A program made the translations under genes and the position numbers. 64,000 bases of DNA from Dimorphilus gyrociliatus (lineage: Eukaryota > Animalia > Annelida). The DNA is taken from contig CAJFCJ010000006.1 of the NCBI GenBank assembly GCA_904063045.1, forward strand, positions 1,912,946 through 1,976,945. Direction: 5' to 3'. The stretch's first letter is position 1; every line of letters begins with the position of its first letter. Below, one piece after another: positions 37,599 through 49,100 of this stretch. The notes beneath the pieces are model-generated. The model saw only the letters and a program-made list of their open reading frames with translations. It made no database searches and was not told the DNA's origin.

Positions 37599-39326
37599 TT
37601 TGATACATTATAAAAAAAATTGACAAACAAAAAACACAATTTTGATAATTCTCTTTTCTTCTCGTTTACCGTTTTTGTTTGTTGTTTTTACAAAATTTTG
37701 TGCTTCAATATGTTACGCATAATTCGATTATTTATGATCTTTACTTCTTCATTCTTGTTTTTATCTAAATGAGCAAAAAAGAAAAATAAGAGAGAAAGAA
37801 GCAAAACCAACAACATTCGTTTTATTTTTTCAATTCTATTTTCTCTTTCTCTTTAGTTTTTTTTTTTCTGGAAATATAGGAAAAGAATTCTTTCTATTTA
37901 AATATTAGTATAATACCATACACACAATATATATATAAAAGATATATATATAAGTAAATTGAATATCTTTGTATAGTTTATTTAGTTTTAATTACTAGGA
38001 TGTACAATTGAAAAGAGAGGAGAAAAAGGGAAGAGTCATTCTTGGCTCTTGAACAAAGGTCTCTTCTTGATCCAACATTGCATTATATTAGTCTTTAGAT
38101 TACTATATTTGAACGAGATTGAAAAATATCTTCTTCTTAGTCAATATTATATCAAATTACAGTTTATCCCTTCGCTTAATATTAGCAAATATGCTAGGGA
38201 GTATGGAAAATTTATTCTGATAAAGAGGGTTCTTCTTCACCTATCAATCTCTTCCTCTCTCTCTCTCTCTTTCCGTATGTGTATATACAGTATATAAATT
38301 TATATACTGTATATATATATTTATCAATATAGTTTTGGTCAATATGTCTTTCGTTATCATTGCGTATTAATCTAGTTTTTTGATAGATTTTATCCGTATT
38401 TCTACCATTTAGAAATCAATTTAGCTAAACCTGAAAGTTTTATTGTACCAGTATAAGAGAAACAACATACGGGCGCTATTTTTGTTGTTGACCAGTGAAC
38501 ACACAGTTTATTCGCTTTTATGTCTTTATTACATCGTTTCGCAGACTTTGTTCTTTAACCAAACTTATTACTAGAGGGCGTATTACTGTGTTTAAGGACT
38601 TTTTTTTTGCCTTGAGTCTTCAAGCGTGAAAAGAGGGAAAAAGAAAGGAGGAGCAACGAATTAAACTTAATATATGCAATGACAGAAACGTAAAAAATAA
38701 GGAAAATCAATTTAATTTATTAGATGTAGCGTAATTCCATTCCGGCCGACCGATGCCGGTTACAATTCGTTTCTAATAAATCTTCCACTTACTAACGCTT
38801 TTGGACGGGGTTTATGGTTATATAGTTTAACGCTAGATGGTAGCACCATAGGTTTTTTATATGAAAACTGCGATACCTATCGGATAACTGTTACATAATT
38901 TTGTCATTACAATGTAATAAATATCTAAGCTAGAAGGAAGAAAATAACATTAAAGCGAAATGAATATAGTCGGTTTTATTCCCTTAACTTTTGGCCTCAT
39001 TTTTCATTTTGTCGTTTTTTTTTTGCATTCAAATAATTCACTACTCATCTTAGGGATTAAGATTCTAGACGCAGCTGGAAGATTAAAATAAATAGACGCT
39101 AATCAACCAGTTAATTTAAAGCTGATGAATATGGCGCGCTAATTGCTGATTGGATGGTTCGGAAATTTTTTATTTTTTTTTCAGCAAAGCATAGAGAGGC
39201 GCTGGAAACGCTTTAGGCGTTATTTGGCGGCGGGACGTCGAAGCGTCGAAATTGACCTTTTTATATAGTTGGCGTTTTTCTAAATGCCACGTCGTTCGGT
39301 TGAAAAATATTACAACGACAGCTTTT

Positions 39327-42300
39327 ATGGGTAAAGTACGGCAGAAAAAGTTTAAACAGAAGACAAATGGAAAGGATGGGGCAATTAGGGAAGACAAGAA
39401 ACCACTTTCCACCTTTCTACGTAAACCGTTTACTCCAGCAGCTTTCCAACCAGGTTAGTCTATAAGTAATTAGTTGTTTATAACGTTATTGAACGTAACG
39501 GTCTTTAGGATTGTTAAATGACGTGGTACCAATCAAGCTTAGTCTAACTTTCAATTTTCTTTAAAAATCCTTCTGATCTTGTTATAGTACGCATGCGTAC
39601 GGATTTGTTTTTTCTAAATATAGAGAACACTCCGCTGATAAATGTCTGTATTTAGTATTTATATTTCAGAATAGCATTTATATTGCAAGTAAAACATTTG
39701 GAAAATGCTGCGAAATATAAATATATATACTCTTATTCATATTTAGCATGAATATTAGACTGTCCAAAATATATTGACAATAGATTCTGAATATATATAT
39801 ATGTATAAATATGTATGATGGCAACGATTTTGGCAACTTGCAGAGGCCAAATTAAGAAGAAAGTGGTGGAATATATATTCTCTTATCGCCTCTCGCCACT
39901 GACGGCGATGAAAAAGGCGAACGTTCCCGGCGGGCGTCTCTTAGCTTTTCGAGCGTCGTCGACCTTCACTTTCCCAAACTAAATATATGCGGTGCGTTAG
40001 ATTAAGGACGTGACTCGCGTATCGCATACAATATTAATCGAAAAGAGAAGAAAATAATATGTGGTTGGTTTTAGTTGGTGAAAGAAAAAAGGAAAAAAAA
40101 CAGAATGGAACCGCAAAAATTTTTCCAAGTACAAACATTACGAGTTTATCGAAATACAAACAACGCGTACGTTATTGCCTCGTTTTATGATGGTCTACCG
40201 CCGTGTATTTATATATACGTTTACGTAAATACGAGTTTAACTTCCGGTATCTACTGAAGAGTGACGCTTACTAACGAAGCTGACAGCTCTTGAGGCGGCT
40301 AGCAAACAGACAGCTAGAGAAGTGGCGTGCGGAATTCTTAATAATGAACGCTATTAAGAACCCGGGAAGCAAGTGGCGTTTCTATTACAAGCGATGATTC
40401 CAGCTTTCCTAAACTTTTTAATCGGTGGTACGCATGCGCAATCTGAAAGATTTTTAAGGGCTGCACAATTGAAAATCATCACGCAAAAAAATAGACTTTT
40501 AGCTTTAAAACGAAACTACGGAAATTGGTTTTTAAAAGCGGAACTTAACTCACGCATGCGCGACGTAAGTGAAAAACTTCGGGACTAGAGAGGATAGAAC
40601 CTTGTACTGGGTTTTGATTTTTCTATTTTCATTAATAGCTGAAATTTCTGCTTCTTGACCGAAATAAATGATAAGTAGATAAAGGGCACGAAAACATAGT
40701 TGATATACATATCCGATTACCATGGCAACGATAACGAGCTTTGTTATAAGGTAGCCGTCTAAAAAGGCGCCATTGCTAACTATAATAATGCTTTCGACTC
40801 TTTGGTGTAGGGAAATCGACTGCAATCTGAGCGGACAGGCTATTTAATGCAGTGGCGAAATAGGTTTTCGTCTTAGGCCTACTCTCTCTGAGAAAAAATA
40901 GATAGACAGATAGCAGGAATAAAAGGATACAAAGAGAGAACGAGAGAGTGAGAGAAGAGACAAGAGAGCAAGATAGATAAAAGAGTGAAAACGCTTGGAA
41001 GCACAGCACGTCCGTCGAATTTCTCGCTTGCATGCGGCGTCTCTTTTCCCACTGACAGACAATAGACGCTGTGTATAATATTGAAGTTCGATAAGGAAAC
41101 GCTTCGTGTGTCTGTATTGCCGTACAGTTTGCTCAGAGTCGAGTGTTTAGCCGCTTGAACTCTGCAGGTGCTTATTGATTTTTCGAAAGCGTTCAAAAAC
41201 TATATTGATTTTAACTTTTTTAATGAATATTTATGAATCGGATAAAGCGTCCCAATTTCACATTCAATAGAAGGGAATGCATTCTTTAAGCCTTCTTCCG
41301 TGATTTAATCTTTGTCCGTTTAGTTTATAAACGCTCGAATAAGTTATATTTCAATAGTCACGTGAGAGTTTTCTCAATGTCATTAGCATTGTCTGAATAT
41401 GTTCCCTTCAATAGACAGTAGAGAAACCTTATTAAGAAATCAAAGAAGACTGAAGCGTAAAAAAATCTGTAAACTAAGAGACGAGTTAGTTTTCGTATTT
41501 AGATAAAATTAAGCCTTTTCATCTTAGAAAAACACTAATAATGCCTAAAAAACTTTATAAATATACCCTTCTGTTTGTCTGCAAGTACATATTCATTTAT
41601 TGCCGTAAGATCTTAGTATGTAATTCATCTTATCTTCTTTCATTAAAGACAACATTTTACGCATTGCGCAATGAATGTATGGCATCTTTTATATAGAATA
41701 AGGAGAAATACATAATGCATATTAGTCATTGCTTTTACGTTAGTTGATTAATACCCGGTAAGATGGAAAATATGAAAAGGTATATTTCCCTCTTTACAGC
41801 AATTCTAACATTATAATATTATGTAGAAGAGAGAGAGATAGATAGAGAGAGAGAGGATAAAAGAGTCGTTCGAGAAGAATATACTTGATTAACATGTTGT
41901 CTGCACGCAAAAAAAATACCATAAAACAGTGATTAATACTCTAAATTTCATCTTTTCCTCCTTCCAAAGGTGTTTTCCAGACCGGAGTTGATATTAACAA
42001 CTAAACAGTAACAAAATCGACTACTTTCTTATCTAGAATACATTATATACTGCAAATATCCTGAGGATTCCCCCAAGATCCTCTCGCGATTAGAATAAAT
42101 AAAGCATAATTAATTATAGGGAATAGGGACTGTGTGAAAATGAAAAAAAGTAAAGGAATAAAATTTTCCATAAAACAATCGAACAGGAATAAAGACATCT
42201 AAAAAAAAATAAAAAACAGCCTTGTCTACATAATAGGCGTCTATATACAACTTTTCATTCGTTTGGTAGAGCGTTAAATATTCTTTGTCACTCGATCGTG

Positions 42301-42535
42301 ATCGACTAGATTTAGGGTTATGTGACCTGTTTTTTTTTGACACTGAGTACATAGTACTAGGAACTTTTCGTTTATGTTTAGCTTCCGTTTCCGTCAAGTT
42401 AATTGAATTTAAAAAGAATAGTAATGGGAGATGGAAATCGATTAACTGAGAACGTTTCAGATTTGATAAATGTGTCAAGTAATATATCTATATATTAATA
42501 TATAAGAATGTATATACATATAGAGATATATAGAG

Positions 42536-42566
<31 letters not shown>

Positions 42567-44259
42567 TAATATATAAAGTTGATATTCCGTCTTTTATTTT
42601 TGACATTGAAGGGGAAAAAATCTATAGACTACGCAGGATATATCAAGTTTAGGTACAAAGCTGAAAGAAAAATGGAAAATATGAAAATATTGGAGGATTA
42701 AGAAGATAAGCATAGGAATCAACAACTTTATGGATATGTGATATATATAAGCAGAAATAATCTTTCAACCCAAATCCTGCCTTAGTAGCAGGTCACAGCG
42801 TATATATCGATTAACGCATCGGAAATCATTACGACGTCTAGTATCGGTTTGTCGGCGACAAATCTATAATTTGCATAAGCAAATAGCATGTTGAATATTA
42901 ACGAGCAACGATTAAGCGGTGAAGAATCAATCAGTGTCGATTTCCTATTTTACTTCTATACAACTTCCTGTAGAATATCCGTGTCTTTTCACATGATATA
43001 AAATAAAGAGAGATACTCGTAATAGCTCATTAAACAATCCTCAACGCCGTCTAACGATTGCCTCTATACCAGAGCAATATGTTTTGTAAAGTATCTAGAG
43101 TGTTTTATCTGTAGAGTCTATATCGGATTAAGGGGCGTTTATATAGAGCTTTTAAAGCGTTCCCGAGGCGTCGAAAAAACGTCTGAATTAGTGATGATTC
43201 CGTCTACCGCAGGCCACGAAAAACGACGGGGCGTCAAATAGCAGCGCGTTTATAACAAAGATTGATTGCTTTCGTTTTATTTCTTCTTCACCTCTAGCAT
43301 TCTTCTACATTTAGTTTTTTTTTTTTAACAATATGAACAGAGTATCTCGACGAAAAAGAGTTGGGAAGTACGGAACACAAGCAATTAGAAGCCATAGTAG
43401 AAAGCTCTTTTCTAGACCAACGTTTTAGAATAAGATGGAAGACCTCCAAAATCCAAACAGTGACGAACAAAAATATAGATGACGAATACGAAATGCTTAG
43501 GAAGGAATGGGAAGAGGATGAGGAAACAGAGAGGGACATGGGAACAAAATATGGCTTTGCAATCGAAAACGATGCCTCTAAACTCGAATCGATAGTTGCG
43601 AATGGTTTGGTAACGAGCGCCGCAGGCGATAGTTCCTACCATCCTTTGGGTTCTTCTCTGCTGGGGGTCTACGTCTGCAAACATGCCGACGTCTGCCTTA
43701 GGCATGCTTCGATTAGAAATGGGACAGCGCAGGTGATGCGGTTGATTATATTCAAAGTAAGTTGACAAAAAGAAATATGACCGTCATTTCAAATTTCATC
43801 AAGCTTTCTGCCTAATTTTACAGTGTGACGTAAACTTAAGACAAGTTTTTATATTGAATTTGTCTGCTATTTATTACGCAAGTTTAGATTGAAAGTCGAA
43901 AGTAAAAGGAAGGCTTTTTAAATAAAATACTTGTATTTATTTAGAAATAACGCACTTTCGTAATCTAAGCTAGAAAGCTCAAAACAACAGGGAGAGATAG
44001 AAAACGAAAGAGGGAAAAAGAAAGAGCAAGAGAGAGAGAGAACGAGAGGAGAGTGAGAGAGAAAATTCTATATGCATACTTTTTGTCACGATAATTTTCT
44101 CCCTATTTTTGTTTGTCGTACGAAAAACCGTTAGGGAAATTTTAGACGCTAGTAAACTCGCTTTGTTTTAACAACAGTAATTTAGAGTACTACTTTTTGT
44201 TCTAGTCACGTTATTTCCTATTTTAAGAATTCACTAAAAAGAAATTTTTTTTAAATGAA

Positions 44260-44295
<36 letters not shown>

Positions 44296-45450
44296 CTTTT
44301 TCTCGTTGTCTGAAATTGCCGAGAGAAGTTTCATCCCAATACTTGTAATATAAATATTAAAAAATATAAGCTTTAGCATATTTTATATCATTCGTTAATA
44401 TAGTTAATAGAACATGCGACGATTTGTAAACGGTTGATTAGGCGGAATAACTTTGTCTGAAAACTGGTTACAAATTCCAATTCATTCGCTTTTACTGTTT
44501 TCCTTCTTTTTTTTTCACACTATATTTTCACACTGTCTAAATATAAGCGTTGTTTCGGTCCTTTGAGGATTAGAGGGCTTAGAAAAAATTAGACGCCTTA
44601 GAAATATTTCGCTACCGAAAAGCAACACAAGTTATTTTTTAGCTAGCCATTAGTATAAAGTTATTCTAGTAAGAAGGCGTCACTTTAGATTTACCGGAAA
44701 CTAGGAATATAAGGAGATATTATTTGGATCCTGTACAAAGAAATGGACTAGATTTAATAGGAAAAAGTGCTTCCTGAAATCTGCCAACGATAGGCTTGTT
44801 ATGGGTGACGGTTTTTTCTATCAAAGGCTTCAGCTATGCGTTTATCATAAAATTTTAGCTGTTTCTGGGAAGCTACGTCTATGTCAGCATAATAGTGTTG
44901 TTTCCAACAGTATACCATGGGGCGTCTAACAACTGCGATTCCACGGACGTCGAATATTCGTGAATGCATCGAACCGACTCAAGGCTGCGACGCTCATGTG
45001 TCCGTACTTCCGGCTAACGTTGATGATGTTTTACAAACGCAGTTCGATCGGTCACAAGTCTACTTATATGAGATAGACACCCTACTTTTTCCTTCTAGAC
45101 GACCGAGACAAGTTTGCCCTTTGGGAGTGCTCACTTTTACAGTAGACGAGGAATCGATTCCAACGTCTTCCAAACCGGAAAAAGAATCAGTACAAACTGC
45201 AATCACCCCTTCCGGTCGACAAATAACGCCGCTCATGTGCGCAGTTAGACCAACACCAACTCCCCTCATCCTTAATTATCCGCCTATGGAACTATTAGCG
45301 CCACCTACAGCCTTTTATAACAGTCAGCTGCTACCCTCTAGCGTCTACACTGTAAGACCTGCATACTCCCTTTTACCAAAAGTTGGTCTTTTAAACAACG
45401 TAACTAACAATAGTAATCCCTATTTGCAAAAATCCAACAGTATTATGTAA
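39327..45450 (+). CDS. TASOR/TEX15-type DUF3715 (pseudo-PARP) domain protein, ~360 aa, 3 exons
   Basis: Exon 39327-39453 (phase 1), exon 43341-43756 (phase 0) and exon 44911-45450 join in frame. AAFQP, IVESSFL, LGSSLLGVYVCKHAD, LIIFK, IEPTQGCDAHVS, QVYLYE and RRPRQVCPLGVLTF correspond to TASOR ALFQP, ILHSSYL, LGSPSMGVYLSRYAD, VVIFK, LDPTPKHECHVS, QYYFYE and RRRPRHVCPYAVVSF. Confidence 0.85.
40716..40729 (-). promoter_or_regulatory. RFX X-box inside the first intron of the DUF3715 gene
   Basis: Minus strand GTTGCCATGGTAAT, one mismatch from GTTGCCATGGTAAC. Confidence 0.5.
44263..44290. repeat. (CT)n/(GA)n microsatellite
   Basis: CT run. Similar runs near 10799-10820, 28276-28300 and 53737-53756. 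Confidence 0.9.
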
Positions 45451-45757
45451 TAATTAAAAGTTCTCTCTGTATACAAGTATATACTATATATATATTATAT
45501 ACATATATATATATATATAAACAGAGTATACTAAAGGAAAGCTTTTACCCAAAAGGAAGCTTCTTTTGTCGTGCCTTGGTCGTAATGAATAATTTATTCC
45601 TATATTTTTTTATTCAGTTTTGTAAAGTTATAAGAATAATAATATTTCAGCACTAATTGTTTTATGAAAGCACAATATGTATTTTATTAATAACTTTCTT
45701 TTTTTTGTGGTTTTAAACATGCTCATATTTTTAGTGACCTTCTGTAAAACGTGTATG

Positions 45758-45799
<42 letters not shown>

Positions 45800-46174
45800 T
45801 GTACGTTTATAAATCACAGGCAAATAAAAACAAACGGAAGGGAAAATAGTACTACTAAAAAAATTGATTATTATGCAAGAAGAAAACAAAGAGTCAACAT
45901 ATATACATATATACATATATATATATATATATTTATATTATATTTTTACTATCCTACATACTTAAAGATGTAGTATAAATATATTGACCAAAGTAATACA
46001 ATTTCGAAATATAACAAATTAGTAAACAATTATTATTATAATAAACATAAAAGAAAGAGTAGTTGTGTCTCTTTTTCTTCATTTATATTTTTTCTACGTC
46101 CCTTAGGGGAATTAGATTATCAATTTCCGTCATCAATCCTATAAACAAGTTATTGTGGCACTTGTTCAACCTCT

Positions 46175-49100
46175 TTAAAAGAGCATGCTCTGCCTTCTTT
46201 GCTTGTTACCTATTGGGGAATTGATTTGTTTTATTGAATTTATTGGATTTTTCTTTACTCGAAAATATCCGATTGGATTTCGAGTGATTGCTTTTTTACT
46301 TACCGGCTGCAGTGGGTATATTTAACGTTCTTCTTCCAGGATCCTTGTGTAGGCGAATTCCGGGAACAGTGAAAATGGAAGCGACTACAAAAAGGAAAAG
46401 GTATTGAGAGCTGTCATCTCGGTGCAAAGCTGGTACGCGGAACGATTATCGTTGTAATTAATGTTATTAGCGTTGTTAGATTCTATAGATTTTTTTAAGC
46501 TAAGAATTTGTTAGCGAACTTACTGTCGTCTAAATAATGAACTTCTGTGCCCAATCCCGAGAAGAAAGGATCTTTCATAGATTCGGTGGCTGATTTCCTT
46601 TTCTTGGGCTCGTACGATAGATAACTGAGTAGCAAATCTAATCCATTTGAGTCAAATCTCGGTGCAAGTGTCTTCAACGACTCTCTTTTATATCTTGGGA
46701 ACTCGTATGATAAAAACTCTTCATTCGTCGAAACCCCTGTCCATGTTGCTTCCGTGGGAGTACCCAATAATTTAAAGATCATAGTTAATTGGTCCTCGGG
46801 ACTAGAACCGGGGAAGAGAGGTCGTCCACATACCATTTCAAAAAAAATACACCCCACACCCCACATATCAATCGGCGTCGAATATTCAGTTGAGCCAAGT
46901 AAAACATCAGGTGGCCTATACCATAATGTAACGACCTCGTTTGAGTAAGTCTTGATCGGAAAGGATTTTGCTCGAGCAAGACCGAAATCGGCTAATTTTA
47001 ATTCGCCTGTCTCGTTGATAAGCAGATTTTGAGGCTTCAAATCACGATGCAGAATTCTCCGGGCATGGCAGTATGCTAAACCTCGCAACAGTTGAAATAG
47101 AAATAGCTAAAAAAGAATGTAAAAGGAAAAATATTTAGATAAGTATTTTCTGAAATGAGAATCTCTTCCCTAAGGGCTAGTTCGATGAAAAAATAGATAG
47201 CTTATCATCATTTTGATTATTCCCTTTTAACTAAAAATAAGTAAAAGAAAAAAAGAAACCGAACAAATGGGATTTTCTTGCAGGAATTGGATACTAGAAT
47301 TCCAAGTCTTCTAAAAAATTCATTTAAAGGGCAACCATCTAAGCACTCTCTCTCACTCTTTCGTTGTCCTCCCCCTCCCTCTCCTCTTCTCTCTCTCTCT
47401 GTCTGTCTCTCTCTTTCCATGTCTCTGTCCTTCTATTAATTTTTCTTTCAAATGCTCACTTACTCCACCTGTCTCCGTATATTTACCCTTCACCTTCCCC
47501 ACTTTATGGCAGTGCTCTTCTGCGTATAGAGCTATATACATAATACGGTTTATATCTTTAAACAACGTTAAAGACATTCTACAATAAACATTTGGTGTTA
47601 ATTCCCCATATAATATATTTGCTACACTTTATTACAACAGTCAATATTTACACGCCCCGATCGGATATCATCGGTTCTGCGTAACGATTTTTTAATTTAA
47701 TGCTAGTATAAACAGTAAACTGTAGGTGTTACTATCATATTAAACTGCTATACATGTTCTAGTCGATAATTTTTTTAATAATAATCTTTCTCTCAAACAA
47801 TGAGGCTCACATAAAAAAATAATTATCTACGTATCTCTTTCCCTCTCTATTATTCTATCTTTTTTTGCTTTTTTTTTCTCTATTTTGCTATTCCACTAGT
47901 CTTTTTGTTGCTTAAAAAAATCCTTTGATTCTATTGTTATTACCTTTACGTTCCATATATTTAGAATGCCGCCGCAGTCGTCCATATACAATTTGAGATC
48001 CTTTTCTACATATTCGAAGACTAGAGTAAGGCACTGATCGGTATGAATAATATCATGAAGAGTTACAATATTAGCGTGCTTCAGATCACGGAGCAATGAT
48101 ACTGCAAAAAGGAATTAAGAGTAAATTTAATTTAATAAGGTAAGATGAAAATAAACCCTTGTCGACATCGGAGGGGACTTGGGCTTGAGAAAATAGACAT
48201 TCTGAAGGACTCTACTTACTCTCTCTAATGGCTGTACAAGGCGCTCCTTCCTCGTGCTCCAGTCGTATTTCTTTCAAGGCTACAACCGCGTCTGTAACCA
48301 GACTCTGACCTTTATATACTGTAGCATAGGTTCCCTCACCTAGCTTTTCTAATTTCTTGTATGATTCAACCTTTCCATATCCCAATTCAGACTAAAAAGT
48401 TATTTGGATAGTAATTAGATAGCTAAGGAAAAAAGATTCTGTGATTATCTAAGTTAACGAACCAGAGACGCTCGTCTTTGGCGTCTGTTCAAAGGTACTT
48501 CCGGAGAAAGTGTAAATTGTTTGTCGATTAGATTGTCGGCAGGCAAGGAGAGTCGTTTGTTAATGTCCTAAAAATGATGAATAATGAAGGTATAAACAAG
48601 AATACACATTCAATATATAGAGAGTAAATATATGCATCGTATACTAATATTTTATAAATTGTCTATTTAATCGAGCTACAAGTCTAAATGTTTATATTGT
48701 TTTAAAGCAACGCCATACTGAATTTATATAATAGTCTAAAGTATAGCAATAGCTAGTTAAAATGATTATGTATCCAAATAGCGAAAGAACTGGCTAATGG
48801 TAACTAAAAAGGATCTGGTCTCTTTCTCTTTGCATTTCGTTGACCTTTACGGTAATAGCATAGGGAATACAACTCAGGAAATTCGTGGTAGGAGTCGTTT
48901 TAGAGAGAACACTATGGAAATAGGTGTTTTTTCTTTACATTAGCAAGTATCTAACCTCCATTTCGTATAACAGCCTTATTGCTGATTTAAGTGAAAAAAT
49001 TGGTACTGACAGGAGTCAATGGCAACCGTTAAGTTGTCGCTTTTATAACTATATATACACATAACGCATATAACGCCTTACACACGCATGTATATACTGT

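Noticed and set aside
45677-45973. ORF-track entries made of YI/IY or LS/SL repeats (also 29254, 53562, 54124-54400, 55658)
   Set aside because: These are translations of (TA)n, (CT)n and (TTTATA)n microsatellites.
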